64,000 bases of DNA, from positions 4,580 through 68,579 of the forward strand of contig CAMCJI010000001.1 in NCBI GenBank assembly GCA_945874805.1, given 5' to 3'. Below are positions 20,752 to 30,822 of the stretch, in pieces; position 1 is the first letter of the stretch; the number at the start of each line of letters is the position of its first letter. Both the position numbers and the translations under genes were made by a program. A model generated the notes under the pieces. That model was not told the origin of the DNA. It made no database searches and worked only from the letters and a program-made list of their open reading frames with translations. Source of the DNA: Asaia bogorensis. Lineage in GTDB: Bacteria; Pseudomonadota; Alphaproteobacteria; Acetobacterales; Acetobacteraceae.

Positions 20752-21807
20752 ATGGCGGATCATTCGGTGGCGCGGCCCGGTGGGCTGGATGCCCGGGCTG
20801 CGGCAGTGCTGCGGGAAATTGTTGAGCAGTACGTGGAAACTGGCGAGCCGGTGGGCAGCCGGACCCTCTCACGCCGGCTGCCGATGAACGTTTCGCCTGC
20901 GACCATCCGCAACGTGATGGCTGATCTGACGGAAGCGGGGCTGCTGTTTGCACCGCACACCTCTGCCGGCCGGTTGCCGACAGATCTGGGGCTCCGGTTG
21001 TTCGTGGATGGGCTGCTGCAGTTCGGCGAACTTGGGGAGGACGATCGGGAAGCGATCACCGCCAGCCTTGCGGCATCGGGGCGCAGCCTTGAGGAGACCC
21101 TGGGCGAGGCCTCGGCGATGCTCTCGGGCCTGTCCTCGGCGGCCGGGCTGGTGCTGGCACCGAAGTCGGACGGGGTGCTCCGGCATATCGAGTTCGTGCC
21201 CCTCGGCTCTGGCCGGGCGTTGGTGGTGCTGGTCAATGGCGATGGCCATGTCGAAAATCGGGTCATCGATATCCCGCCGGGCCTGCCGCCTTCTTCGCTG
21301 GTGCAGGCAGGGAACTACCTGAATGCGCGGCTGGGTGGGCGGGCGCTGGGTGAGCTGCGCACGCTCGTCACCGGCGAGATGGCATCCAACCGGACGCAGC
21401 TCGACGAGCTGACGGCCGCCGTGGTGGCGGCGGGGCTGGCAACCTGGACTGGCGAGGCGCGCAGCGGCAGCCTGATCGTGCGCGGCCAGGCCAAATTGCT
21501 GTCGGATGTCACGGAGATCGAACGTTTGTCCTCGATCCAGGCGCTGTTCGAACGGCTAGAGGCGCAGGAGACGATGCTCCGGCTGCTCGATTTGGCGGAG
21601 AAGAGCGACGGGGTACGGATCTTCATCGGGGCGGAGAGCGGGCTGTTCGGCACATCAGGCGTCGCGATGGTGGTTGCGCCCGCGCGCAATGCGGCAAACC
21701 GCATCGTTGGCGCCATCGGGGTGATCGGCCCGACCCGGATCAACTATGGGCGGATCATTCCCGTCGTTGACTATACGGCGCGGGTGATCGGCCGCCTGCT
21801 CGGTTAA
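20752..21807 (+). CDS. hrcA: heat-inducible transcription repressor HrcA
   Basis: About 351 aa. It has an N-terminal winged-helix region (VGSRTLSRRL...SPATIRNVMADLTEAGLL) and the C-terminal block GAIGVIGPTRINYGRIIPVVDYTA. GGAGG lies 6 nt before ATG 20752, and a GTG at 20749 is also possible. Confidence 0.9.
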   Translation: MADHSVARPGGLDARAAAVLREIVEQYVETGEPVGSRTLSRRLPMNVSPATIRNVMADLTEAGLLFAPHTSAGRLPTDLGLRLFVDGLLQFGELGEDDREAITASLAASGRSLEETLGEASAMLSGLSSAAGLVLAPKSDGVLRHIEFVPLGSGRALVVLVNGDGHVENRVIDIPPGLPPSSLVQAGNYLNARLGGRALGELRTLVTGEMASNRTQLDELTAAVVAAGLATWTGEARSGSLIVRGQAKLLSDVTEIERLSSIQALFERLEAQETMLRLLDLAEKSDGVRIFIGAESGLFGTSGVAMVVAPARNAANRIVGAIGVIGPTRINYGRIIPVVDYTARVIGRLLG

Positions 21808-21921
21808 CCCTTTGATGACCTGCATCGGTGACAAGCCTGCCGATCGGACGGTGCCGACGGCTTGTGCTGGCCGCTTTGCCCGACTACCTGATGCAGCAGG
21901 CACAATGATCGACAGCAGATT

Positions 21922-22491
21922 ATGAGCGACAATCACACACACCAAAACGCCCCCGACCCGGCTGCATCGTTGGACGCCGAGGCACCGGAAACCCTGATGC
22001 AGGCGGCCGCTGCGCGTATCGCCGTGCTTGAGGCCGAGCGCGACGAGATGCGCGACAAGTGGATGCGTGCTGAGGCCGAAACGCAGAATGTGCGCACGCG
22101 TGCCCGGCGCGACGTGGATGAAGCCCGGCAGTTTGCCGTCCAGAAATTTGCAACCGATGTCGTTGAAGCGGCCGAGAACCTGCGTCGTGGCCTTGATGCG
22201 CTGCCGCCTGCGAACGTGGACGAGAGTGATCTAGCGAACCGCCTGCGTGCTGGCTTCGAGGGGGTTGAGCGCAGCTTCATCGCCCTGCTGGAGCGCAACG
22301 GCATTGCCCGCACCGACCCGACTGGGGCGAGCTTCGACCCCAACCTCCATCAGGCGATGGCCGAGCAGGAAAGCACCGAACATCCGCCTGGCACGGTGAT
22401 CCAGGCCTGGACGGCAGCCTGGACGTTGAACGGCCGGCTGCTGCGCCCGGCAATGGTTGTGGTGGCCAAGGCACCGATTGCCGCGACGTAA
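21922..22491 (+). CDS. grpE: nucleotide exchange factor GrpE
   Basis: 189 aa. The GrpE pattern includes a coiled N-terminal region, FDPNLHQAM and RLLRPAMVVV. Confidence 0.9.
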   Translation: MSDNHTHQNAPDPAASLDAEAPETLMQAAAARIAVLEAERDEMRDKWMRAEAETQNVRTRARRDVDEARQFAVQKFATDVVEAAENLRRGLDALPPANVDESDLANRLRAGFEGVERSFIALLERNGIARTDPTGASFDPNLHQAMAEQESTEHPPGTVIQAWTAAWTLNGRLLRPAMVVVAKAPIAAT

Positions 22492-22517
22492 TCTGCTTCG
22501 TTTTTGTGCAGGCGACC

Positions 22518-22545
22518 CTTGTTCCGGGCCGTTTGCTGAGTATAT
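22518..22545 (+). promoter_or_regulatory. candidate RpoH (sigma-32)-type promoter of dnaK
   Basis: CTTG (22518-22521), 17 nt, then AGTATAT (22539-22545), about 70 nt upstream of the dnaK ATG. It resembles the CTTG-N17-CYTATNT type reported for alphaproteobacterial heat-shock promoters. This is an eye match only. Confidence 0.3.
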
Positions 22546-22616
22546 GACTCAACAATGTCCACGGGGACGCTCGCGGTGCTTCGGGCCGAAGGCGATCCGC
22601 TAACAAGGAGACGACT

Positions 22617-24542
22617 ATGAGCAAGGTCATTGGTATCGACCTCGGTACCACCAATTCCTGCGTGGCGATCATGGAGGGCAAGGATGTCCGCGTGATCGAG
22701 AATTCGGAAGGCGCCCGTACCACCCCCTCCATCGTGGCGTTTTCTGACAGCGGCGAGCGTCTCGTCGGGCAGTCGGCCAAGCGGCAGGCGGTGACCAACC
22801 CGACCAATACCCTCTATGCTGTCAAGCGCCTGATCGGCCGCCGTTTCGACGATCCGTTGGTGGCCAAGGACAAGGCAATGGTGCCCTATGGCATCGCGCG
22901 CGGCGAAAACGGCGATGCCTGGGTCGAGGCGCGCGGTGAGAAGTATGCACCGAGCCAGATCAGCGCTTTCGTGCTCGGCAAGATGAAGGAGACGGCGGAG
23001 GCCTATCTTGGCGAGACCGTGTCCCAGGCCGTGATTACCGTTCCCGCCTATTTCAATGACAGCCAGCGCCAGGCGACGAAGGACGCCGGCCGCATTGCCG
23101 GTCTCGAGGTGCTGCGCATCATCAACGAGCCGACGGCCGCCGCCCTCGCCTACGGCATGGATAAGAAGAAGAGCGGCGTGATCGCGGTCTATGATCTCGG
23201 CGGCGGCACGTTCGACGTGTCCGTGCTGGAGATCGGCGACGGCGTGTTCGAGGTGAAGTCGACCAACGGCGACACGTTCCTCGGTGGCGAAGACTTCGAC
23301 ATGCGGGTGATCGAGTATCTTGCGGCCGAGTTCAAGCGAGAGAATGGCATCGACCTGCGCAGCGACAAACTCGCGCTGCAACGCCTCAAGGAAGCCGCCG
23401 AGAAGGCAAAGATTGAACTCTCTTCCTCCAAGGAGACCGAGATCAATCTTCCCTTCATCACCGCAGACGCTACGGGGCCGAAGCACCTGGTGATGAAGCT
23501 GACCCGCGCGAAACTGGAGAACCTCGTCGAGGATCTGGTGACCCGCACCCTCGAGCCCTGCAAAGCGGCGTTGAAGGACGCCGGCGTCTCCGCCTCCGAG
23601 ATCGAGGAAGTGATCCTGGTCGGCGGCATGACCCGCATGCCCCGCGTGATCGAGGTGGTGAAGCAGTTCTTCGGTCGTGAGCCGGCCCGCAACGTGAACC
23701 CCGACGAAGTGGTGGCGATCGGTGCCGCCGTTCAGGGCGCGGTGCTGAAGGGCGACGTGAAGGACGTGCTGCTGCTTGACGTGACGCCCCTCAGCCTCGG
23801 CATCGAGACGCTTGGTGGGGTGTTTACCCGCCTGATCGATCGCAACACGACGATCCCGACGAAGAAGAGCCAGGTGTTCTCGACCGCCGACGACAATCAG
23901 ACCGCCGTGACCATCAAGGTCTACCAGGGCGAGCGCGAGATGGCGGCCGACAACAAGCTGCTGGGCAATTTCGATCTCCAGGGCCTGCCGCCTGCCCCGC
24001 GCGGCGTGCCCCAGGTTGAGGTGACGTTCGACATCGATGCCAACGGCATTGTGTCCGTGCAGGCGAAGGACAAGGCCACCGGCAAGGAGCAGCAGATCCG
24101 CATCCAGGCCAGCGGCGGGCTCTCCGATGCCGATATCCAGCAGATGGTCCGCGAAGCCGAGGCCAACGCTGAGTCCGACAAGAAGCGCCGGGCGATGGTG
24201 GAGGCGCGCAACGGTGCCGACGGCATGGTCCACAGCACCGAGAAGACGTTGAAGGACAACGCAGAAAAGATCGCTGCGGCCGACAAGGCCGAGGCGGAGG
24301 CAGCAATTGCCGCCGTCAAGGCGGTGATCGATGGCGATGATGCCGAGACGCTGAAGGCGGCGACCGAACGCCTCAGCCAAGTGGCGATGAAGATCGGCGA
24401 GGCGATGTACAAGGCCCAGGCGGAGGCCGGCGCGGCTGCAGGCCCGCAGGCCGGACCGGCCGGTGGCCCTGGTGCCGAGAAGGTTGTCGACGCCGAGTTC
24501 GAGGATGTGGACGACAAGTCGAAGAAGAAGCCGGGCGCCTGA
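22617..24542 (+). CDS. dnaK: molecular chaperone DnaK (Hsp70)
   Basis: 641 aa. [21 protein letters not shown] and [11 protein letters not shown] are present, giving full-length Hsp70 collinearity. AAGGAGA lies upstream. Confidence 0.98.
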   Translation: MSKVIGIDLGTTNSCVAIMEGKDVRVIENSEGARTTPSIVAFSDSGERLVGQSAKRQAVTNPTNTLYAVKRLIGRRFDDPLVAKDKAMVPYGIARGENGDAWVEARGEKYAPSQISAFVLGKMKETAEAYLGETVSQAVITVPAYFNDSQRQATKDAGRIAGLEVLRIINEPTAAALAYGMDKKKSGVIAVYDLGGGTFDVSVLEIGDGVFEVKSTNGDTFLGGEDFDMRVIEYLAAEFKRENGIDLRSDKLALQRLKEAAEKAKIELSSSKETEINLPFITADATGPKHLVMKLTRAKLENLVEDLVTRTLEPCKAALKDAGVSASEIEEVILVGGMTRMPRVIEVVKQFFGREPARNVNPDEVVAIGAAVQGAVLKGDVKDVLLLDVTPLSLGIETLGGVFTRLIDRNTTIPTKKSQVFSTADDNQTAVTIKVYQGEREMAADNKLLGNFDLQGLPPAPRGVPQVEVTFDIDANGIVSVQAKDKATGKEQQIRIQASGGLSDADIQQMVREAEANAESDKKRRAMVEARNGADGMVHSTEKTLKDNAEKIAAADKAEAEAAIAAVKAVIDGDDAETLKAATERLSQVAMKIGEAMYKAQAEAGAAAGPQAGPAGGPGAEKVVDAEFEDVDDKSKKKPGA

Positions 24543-24570
24543 GCGGCCCCGCTTACGTGATCGCTGATGG

Positions 24571-24611
24571 CGGCACCCGCGCTTGGCAACAAGCCGGGTG
24601 CCGTCTGTTTC
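24571..24611 (+). terminator. stem-loop with partial U-tail between dnaK and dnaJ (attenuator-type terminator)
   Basis: CGGCACCCG (24571-24579) pairs perfectly with CGGGTGCCG (24595-24603). The loop is 15 nt and the stem is followed by TCTGTTTC. Confidence 0.4.
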
Positions 24612-24668
24612 AGCACCCCATGAAGAATTCCCCCCGCCTTGCGCGCGGATGCGGGCACGAGGGCTGAG

Positions 24669-25829
24669 ATGGCGAAACAGGACTACTATCAAAGCCTTGG
24701 TGTGGCGAAAGACGCCAGCGGCGATGACCTGAAGAAGGCGTATCGAAAAGCCGCGATGCAGTATCACCCGGATCGCAATCCGGGCGACAAGGCGGCCGAG
24801 GCGAAGTTCAAAGAGATCAACGAGGCCTATGACGTCCTGAAGGACGAGCAGAAGCGAGCCGCCTATGACCGGTTTGGCCACGCCGCTTTCGAGAATGGCG
24901 GTCCCCAGCCCGGCGGCTTTGATTTCGGTGGGGGCGGCGCAGGGCTCGGCGACATCTTCGATCAGGTTTTTGGCGAGTTCATGGGCGGCCAGCGCGGTGG
25001 CCGTGGCGGCCAACGTGGCGGGCGTGACCTGCGGGCGGCGGCGGAGATCGATCTTGAAGAAGCCTTTGCCGGCGTGAAGGTGCCGATCCGCATTGCAACG
25101 CGCGTCTCCTGCGAAGCCTGCACCGGCACTGGGGCGGAGGGGCGTGACCGCGCGGCCGATACCTGCACTACCTGCGGCGGCGCTGGCAAAGTGCGCGCGC
25201 AGAATGGGTTTTTCCTGGTTGAGCGGCCGTGCCACACCTGCGGCGGGTCCGGCCGCGTGATCCGCAATCCCTGCAAGATCTGCCGGGGCGCCGGCACGGT
25301 GCAACGCGAGCGCAGCCTGACGGTCCCGGTGCCAGCCGGCGTCGAGGACGGCGTGCGCATCCGGATGGCTGGCGAGGGCGAGGCAGGCGGAGCCGGCGCG
25401 CCGGCGGGTGACCTGTATGTGCATGTTTCGATCCGGCCGCACCCAATCTTTCAGCGGGAGGGTGCCCATGTCTTCTGCCGCGTGCCCTTGCGGATGACGC
25501 AGGCGGCCTTGGGCGCAGAGATTGAAGTGCCGGTTATCGACGGCAGCCGCACCCGCATGAAAGTCCCAGCCGGTACCGGCAGCGGCGACCAGTTCCGCCT
25601 GCGCGGCAAGGGCTTCTCGGTGATGGGGAACACTCAGCGTGGCGACATGATCATCCAGGTCGCGGTGGAAACGCCGCAGCATCTCAGCAAGCGCCAGCGC
25701 GAACTGCTGGAGGAGTTCGACACGGAATCGAAGGATCACGCCAAGAGCAATCCGGAGACCGAGGGCTTCTTTTCCAAGGTCCGCGACTTCTTTGACGGCG
25801 GCAAACGAGGCTCCGGCAAGCGAGCCTGA
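24669..25829 (+). CDS. dnaJ: molecular chaperone DnaJ
   Basis: 386 aa from ATG 24669 ([12 protein letters not shown]). It has a J-domain HPD (YHPDRNPGD), a G/F-rich region and four CxxCxGxG zinc-finger repeats. Confidence 0.95.
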   Translation: MAKQDYYQSLGVAKDASGDDLKKAYRKAAMQYHPDRNPGDKAAEAKFKEINEAYDVLKDEQKRAAYDRFGHAAFENGGPQPGGFDFGGGGAGLGDIFDQVFGEFMGGQRGGRGGQRGGRDLRAAAEIDLEEAFAGVKVPIRIATRVSCEACTGTGAEGRDRAADTCTTCGGAGKVRAQNGFFLVERPCHTCGGSGRVIRNPCKICRGAGTVQRERSLTVPVPAGVEDGVRIRMAGEGEAGGAGAPAGDLYVHVSIRPHPIFQREGAHVFCRVPLRMTQAALGAEIEVPVIDGSRTRMKVPAGTGSGDQFRLRGKGFSVMGNTQRGDMIIQVAVETPQHLSKRQRELLEEFDTESKDHAKSNPETEGFFSKVRDFFDGGKRGSGKRA

Positions 25830-25920
25830 CGGAAAATTCCGACAGGCCGCGGTTCTTTTCGGTAGAAGGAACGAAAAGCCGTTGCCCCCTGCCACTCGTG
25901 CCCCATCCGAGGTCTCCCGC

Positions 25921-27153
25921 ATGCAAGCGCCGATTACCGAGACACCGCTGACGGAAGTGTTCCACCAGCCCGGTGATTCCGATCTGGTGCTTCTTGTGTT
26001 CGCCGATGTCGGGGCATCGTCCTGGTCAGGGGCGGATGCCGCCGCGGCGCTGGGGATCGAGACGTTTCTGATCCGCCAGAAGTCGGCGCATGACTACGCA
26101 GGAACAGATATGAGCCTATGGCTTGATGCGGTCGATGCGCGCATTCGGGGTGGGCGGCGGCTTGTTCTGGTTGGCAGTGGCGTGGGCGCAGTTGCCGCCT
26201 TGCGCGCCTCGGGTCTCACCGGTGCCTCATATGTCCTTGCACTGTCCCCCGTGGCGGCTGCACCGATTTCGTTGCCGCAGTTCTGCGATTGTTTCGTTCT
26301 CGCCGACCCGCGTACGGCCCCTCCTGCCTGGCCGGATGCTGTGCCTGTTCCAATCGAGGATCTGCCGGCAGACGCTGGCATCCTGCTTTCCGCTCCCGCC
26401 AGGCTCCGCCGACTTTTGACCTTTGTCCGCGCCCGGGTTTCACGCCGGCAGCGCGCCTCCACGATCCGCGCCTGGGCTCTACGCGAGCGGCGTGCCGGGG
26501 CCGCTTATCTGGGTGCGCTGGCCGACCGGCTGCGTGCCCACGGTCATCTTCGCTGGCTTGCCGACGTGGTGGCACGGGCCGATTTGGCTGGGCAGTCCGA
26601 CCCTCGGTTGACGATTGCGCGCGCAGCGCTGATGCACGCGGCGGGCGATGGGGCAGGTGCCATCGCACTGGCCCACACTGTCACGGGTGATGCCGCGCCT
26701 CGCGCCGCCGGTTTGCTGGCGGCCTGGTTGGCTGAAGTCGGCGAAATCGCTCAGGCTCGCCTCGCCTACGCAGCGGCGGACGCGTGCCCCGAAAGCCTGC
26801 GCCGCGTTTTGGCGTCACGCGCTGTGGCATTGCCTTCGCCGCCGCCCCTTGATCCGGCCCGCGTTCACGCATCGGTTGCCGGAGGGGCGCCAGAGGGAGC
26901 CTTGCGGGATGCGCTGCGGAGCCATCCGCGAGATTCCGGTCTGCTGCTTTCCCTGGCGCGTTCGCATGGTGCAGCGGGGGCCCTGCCCCAGGCAGCCGCG
27001 GCGCTGCGCGCGGCCCTTGCGGCGGATACTGCGGGTGAGCTGGCGGGAGGGCTGCTCGGCTTGGTTGCTCCGGCAGCGGCGCAATCGGCCGAAACTGACA
27101 CCGCTGAGCCTGCCGCGCCGCGCCGCAAGCCGGCACGCGCGCGCGTCGCCTGA
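25921..27153 (+). CDS. hypothetical protein (alpha/beta-fold-like N-terminal region plus Ala-rich helical C-terminal region)
   Basis: 410 aa from ATG 25921. G/C third-position bias is moderate and codon usage is less typical than in the neighbours. I recognise no family motif. Confidence 0.45.
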   Translation: MQAPITETPLTEVFHQPGDSDLVLLVFADVGASSWSGADAAAALGIETFLIRQKSAHDYAGTDMSLWLDAVDARIRGGRRLVLVGSGVGAVAALRASGLTGASYVLALSPVAAAPISLPQFCDCFVLADPRTAPPAWPDAVPVPIEDLPADAGILLSAPARLRRLLTFVRARVSRRQRASTIRAWALRERRAGAAYLGALADRLRAHGHLRWLADVVARADLAGQSDPRLTIARAALMHAAGDGAGAIALAHTVTGDAAPRAAGLLAAWLAEVGEIAQARLAYAAADACPESLRRVLASRAVALPSPPPLDPARVHASVAGGAPEGALRDALRSHPRDSGLLLSLARSHGAAGALPQAAAALRAALAADTAGELAGGLLGLVAPAAAQSAETDTAEPAAPRRKPARARVA

Positions 27154-27169
27154 TCCACTGGGGATTGTC

Positions 27170-27943
27170 ATGATCAAGGGTATCGGAATTGCCGGCATTG
27201 CCGGACGGATGGGCAGGCTGCTTGCCGAGGAAGTGGTGGCGGCTGGCCTGCCACTGGTCGGCGGCATCGACCGTCCGGGAAGTGCGGTGCCGGCTAACAT
27301 CGCGATGTTCCCCGATATGGCGGCTCTCGCCGCTGCCTGCGATGTGGTGGTGGACTTCACCCATGCCTCGACGGTATCGGGGCACGCTGCGGTGGTCACG
27401 TCAGCCGGTGCAGCCTGGGTGATCGGAACGACCGGCCTGTCGGCGGATGACGAGGCCCTTGTGGCGCTGGCGGCCAGGCACGGGCCGGTCGTTTACGCCC
27501 CCAACTATGCGCCGGGCGTGGTGCTGCTGATGGCGTTGGCTGAACGGATGGCAGCAGCTCTGCCCGCGGAGACCTACGACGCGGAGATACTGGAGATGCA
27601 TCATCGGCAGAAGGTCGATGCTCCCTCTGGCACGGCTGTTGGCCTTGGCCGCGCGGTAGCGAAGGGACGGGGTGCAAAGCTGGAGGACGTCAGCGATAGC
27701 GGGCGCGACGGCCATACCGGTGCCCGGCGCACTGGCGCCATAGGCTTTGCCGCGCTGCGGGGTGGCCAGGTGGTGGGCGAGCATACTTTGCTGTTTGCTG
27801 CCGCCAACGAGCACATTTCGCTCAGTCATCGGGCCTTTGACAGACGGGCTTTCGCCACTGGTGCGATCCAGGCAGCACGCTGGGTGCATGGTCGCCCAGC
27901 GGGGCTGTATGGCATGACCCATGTGCTTGGCATGGAACGCTGA
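27170..27943 (+). CDS. dapB: 4-hydroxy-tetrahydrodipicolinate reductase
   Basis: 257 aa from ATG 27170, in frame within ORF 26648..27943. IGIAGIAGRMGR (NAD binding), EMHHRQKVDAPSGTA and SLSHRAFDRRAFATGA are present. Confidence 0.9.
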   Translation: MIKGIGIAGIAGRMGRLLAEEVVAAGLPLVGGIDRPGSAVPANIAMFPDMAALAAACDVVVDFTHASTVSGHAAVVTSAGAAWVIGTTGLSADDEALVALAARHGPVVYAPNYAPGVVLLMALAERMAAALPAETYDAEILEMHHRQKVDAPSGTAVGLGRAVAKGRGAKLEDVSDSGRDGHTGARRTGAIGFAALRGGQVVGEHTLLFAAANEHISLSHRAFDRRAFATGAIQAARWVHGRPAGLYGMTHVLGMER

Positions 27944-27965
27944 CGCTCTAACAGCCGTGACTTGA

Positions 27966-28007
27966 CCGGGGGGGGGGTTTCCGTCACACACCCCCCCGTT
28001 CGTTTTC
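27966..28007 (+). terminator. G10/C7 homopolymer hairpin with T-rich tail, probable dapB terminator
   Basis: A G-run at 27968-27977 and a C-run at 27991-27997 are separated by 13 nt and followed by GTTCGTTTTCC. The hairpin starts about 25 nt after the dapB stop. Confidence 0.45.
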
Positions 28008-28059
28008 CTCGGGGTGCTTATACCCCTATTCGCAACCTCAGCGAGTTCGGAACCAAATT

Positions 28060-29247
28060 ATGCGCGATAAGGGCGAGTTTCTCTTCACCTCCGAGTCTGT
28101 CTCGGAGGGGCATCCCGACAAAGTGGCCGATCGGATCAGCGATACGGTGCTGGATGCCTTCCTGTCCGCCGATCCGTATGCGCGAGTTGCGTGTGAAACT
28201 TTGGTGACGACCAATCGCGTCGTTCTGGCGGGTGAGACCCGCGGCCCGGATACGGTCACCCCGGAACTGCTGACCCATCTGACCCGCATGGCCATCCGGG
28301 ACATCGGTTATGATCAGGAGGGCTTTTCCTGGAAGCGCGCCGATGTGGCGGTCCATCTGCATGCCCAGTCTTCCGACATCGCGCAGGGCGTCGATGCTGC
28401 CGGCAACAAGGACGAGGGTGCCGGCGACCAAGGCATCATGTTCGGCTATGCCTGCACCGAGACGCCGACGTTGATGCCGGCGCCGCTCTTTTACGCCCAT
28501 CGCCTGCTGCAGCACGTCAACGAGCAGCGCCGCGGTGAAAATGCCGTGCTGGCGGGTTTGCTGCCGGACGCCAAGAGTCAGGTGACGCTGCGCTACGTTG
28601 ATGGCAAGCCGGTTGGCGCCACCTCCGTGGTGATTTCGACCCAACATATCGAAGGCATGCCGCAGTCTCAGATCAAGGCGAAGCTGCTGCCGGTGATCGC
28701 GGCGACCTTGCCCCCGGGTTGGATGCCGGCCGAGAACGAGATCTACATCAACCCCACCGGAAACTTCGTGATCGGCGGGCCGGACGGCGATTGCGGCCTG
28801 ACCGGCCGCAAGATCATCGTCGACACCTACGGCGGCGCTTCGCCGCACGGTGGCGGCGCATTCTCCGGCAAGGACCCCACGAAGGTTGACCGTTCGGCAG
28901 CCTACGCATGCCGCTATCTGGCGAAGAACGTCGTGGCGGCCGGTCTGGCCGAACGCTGCACGCTGCAGATCAGCTACGCCATTGGCGTGTCCCATCCGCT
29001 ATCGGTCTATGTTGAGCTCCACGGCAACCCGTATGAGGTTGACGAGGCGAAGCTGGAGAAGACCTTGCGCGAGCTGATGGACCTGCGCCCCCGCGGCATC
29101 CGTGAGCATCTGCATCTGAACCGGCCGATTTATGCCGTCACCTCCGCCTATGGGCATTTCGGGCGTGAGCCGGACCTTGAAAAGGGCACCTTCACTTGGG
29201 AGAAGACCGATCTGGTCGGCGCCCTGAAGTCGGCCTTCGGCCGCTGA
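28060..29247 (+). CDS. metK: S-adenosylmethionine synthetase
   Basis: 395 aa. [30 protein letters not shown] and [16 protein letters not shown] are present. Confidence 0.97.
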   Translation: MRDKGEFLFTSESVSEGHPDKVADRISDTVLDAFLSADPYARVACETLVTTNRVVLAGETRGPDTVTPELLTHLTRMAIRDIGYDQEGFSWKRADVAVHLHAQSSDIAQGVDAAGNKDEGAGDQGIMFGYACTETPTLMPAPLFYAHRLLQHVNEQRRGENAVLAGLLPDAKSQVTLRYVDGKPVGATSVVISTQHIEGMPQSQIKAKLLPVIAATLPPGWMPAENEIYINPTGNFVIGGPDGDCGLTGRKIIVDTYGGASPHGGGAFSGKDPTKVDRSAAYACRYLAKNVVAAGLAERCTLQISYAIGVSHPLSVYVELHGNPYEVDEAKLEKTLRELMDLRPRGIREHLHLNRPIYAVTSAYGHFGREPDLEKGTFTWEKTDLVGALKSAFGR

Positions 29248-29948
29248 GCGAGACGGCGCGGCTCAAACCCCCGCCGGACCGCCTGTACGGACGGCCGCGG
29301 ACGCATCCGTTGCGCCCGCGGCAATTGCTCATGATGGAAGCGACGCTGCCCCGCATGCGCTTTCGTGCGTCGGACAGCGTTGATCCTCCCCGCTCCTTCG
29401 CATCCCCGACGCGGGCGATTTGGCTGGAAGTGGGCTATGGCGGCGGTGAGCACGCCCTCGCCCAGGCCGCGGCAAACCCGGACATCGGGCTGATCGCCTG
29501 CGAGGTTTTCGAGAACGGCATCTGCTCCCTGCTCGCCCGCCTCGTCGAGGAAGGGGAGGAGGCGACAGGTCTGCTTCCCGGCAACCTGCGCCTATGGGAT
29601 GACGACGCTCGCGGCCTGATCCGGCTGCTGCCGGATGGGTGCCTGGATCGGCTGTTCCTGTTGTTTCCCGATCCCTGGCCGAAGGCGCGGCATGCCAAGC
29701 GCCGCTTCGTCCACCCTGCCATCCTGCCTGAGATCGCCCGCGTGCTGCGCCCGGGCGGGACCTGGCGGATCGCCAGCGACGATCCGACCTACCAGCAATG
29801 GGTGACAGACGTGTTGGCCGCCCAGGAACTGTTCGAGGTTCCTCCGCCGGCGACAGCACGCCCTGAGGGCTGGCCGCCCACGCGCTACGAAGCCAAGGCT
29901 CTGGCTGCTGGACGGCCCTCGCTCTACTGGGCCATCACCCGGCGCTAG
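29196..29948 (+). CDS. trmB: tRNA (guanine46-N7)-methyltransferase
   Basis: RLYGRPR...LRPRQ at the N-terminus, EVGYGGGEH (SAM-binding site) and [15 protein letters not shown]. The start is uncertain. ATG 29196 overlaps metK by 52 nt, and an in-frame CTG at 29244 is an alternative. Confidence 0.8.
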   Translation: MGEDRSGRRPEVGLRPLSETARLKPPPDRLYGRPRTHPLRPRQLLMMEATLPRMRFRASDSVDPPRSFASPTRAIWLEVGYGGGEHALAQAAANPDIGLIACEVFENGICSLLARLVEEGEEATGLLPGNLRLWDDDARGLIRLLPDGCLDRLFLLFPDPWPKARHAKRRFVHPAILPEIARVLRPGGTWRIASDDPTYQQWVTDVLAAQELFEVPPPATARPEGWPPTRYEAKALAAGRPSLYWAITRR

Positions 29949-29955
29949 GCCGGAG

Positions 29956-30822
29956 CTATCCGGCCCGGCGGCCGATGATGGCGTTGCGCAGGCGCTGGCT
30001 GACGGTATCGATCAGGGCGACAGTCACCAGCACCATCAGGATGATGAAGGAGGCGTGGTTCCACTCCAGCACGCGAATCGGCTCGGACAGATGCAGCCCG
30101 ATGCAGCCGGCGCCGACGATGCCGATGATGGTCGCCGAGCGGGTGTTGGACTCGAAGTAGTAGAGCACCTGGCTGGCGATGACCGGAAGAATCTGGGGCA
30201 GGATGCCGAAGCGGATGGCCTCCAGGCGGGAGCCGCCGGTGGCCGTGATGCCGTCGACCGGCTTGCGGTCTGCGGTCTCGATCGCCTCTGACATCAGCTT
30301 GGCGAAGGCGCCGAGGTCGCCGCACATGATCGCCAGCGCGCCGGCAAACGGGCCGAGGCCGACGACATTGATCCAGATGAGCGCCCAGATCAGCGTATCC
30401 ACGCTGCGCACACTGTCCATCGTGCGGCGGGTGAGGAAGTGCACGACGCGGTTCGCCACCACGTTCTTGGCGGCGAGGAAGCCGATCGGGAAGGCCAGGA
30501 TTGCGGCGAAGAGCGTGCCGAGGAAAGCGATCGCCAAGGTCTGCCCGAGTGCTTCGAAGTAGAGCCAGAACCGGGCCCAGGTCTCCGGCGTGGGCGGCAC
30601 CATCAGCAGGGCGATATCAGCAAGCCGGCCCAGGCCGTTGGCGATCTTGCTGAAGGAGAAGCCAAGCTCCCACCAGCCGAAGACGTAGAGGGCCAAAGCG
30701 CCGGCAAACAGCGCAACGGTCGCGGCGCTGCCCTGCCATCCTGGGCCGGTCTGCTCCGGATACTTCGCCTGCATGGCCGCGCGCTGGGCAAGAAAGGCCG
30801 CGTTGATCGGGTTCGCACTCAC
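29956..30822 (-). CDS. phnE: phosphonate-type ABC transporter permease (PhnE family), locus 1
   Basis: 288 aa. PhnE-like blocks include SVDTLIWALIWINVVGLGPFAGALA, EAIE..D.KPVDGI.ATGGS and FESNTRSATIIGIVGAGGIG. Confidence 0.8.
   Translation of the reverse strand: MSANPINAAFLAQRAAMQAKYPEQTGPGWQGSAATVALFAGALALYVFGWWELGFSFSKIANGLGRLADIALLMVPPTPETWARFWLYFEALGQTLAIAFLGTLFAAILAFPIGFLAAKNVVANRVVHFLTRRTMDSVRSVDTLIWALIWINVVGLGPFAGALAIMCGDLGAFAKLMSEAIETADRKPVDGITATGGSRLEAIRFGILPQILPVIASQVLYYFESNTRSATIIGIVGAGCIGLHLSEPIRVLEWNHASFIILMVLVTVALIDTVSQRLRNAIIGRRAG

Noticed and set aside
20703-21890. Shared TTGNNC-N15/16-CTACCT motif upstream of hrcA (20703-20729) and grpE (21862-21889) as a possible common promoter.
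   Set aside because: There are only two short instances. The -10-like CTACCT does not fit the RpoH CYTATNT or the sigma-70 consensus well, so I cannot distinguish it from chance without start-site data.
20679-22616. CIRCE operator (TTAGCACTC-N9-GAGTGCTAA) expected for HrcA control upstream of hrcA, grpE or dnaK.
   Set aside because: No match by eye in any of the three upstream regions. In Alphaproteobacteria CIRCE is usually at groESL, which is not in this window.
27944-28059. Known SAM riboswitch (SAM-II, SAM-V or SAM/SAH) upstream of metK.
   Set aside because: I could not recognise the conserved cores of these classes in the 116-nt spacer. It is kept only as an unexplained alternative-pairing region (see findings).
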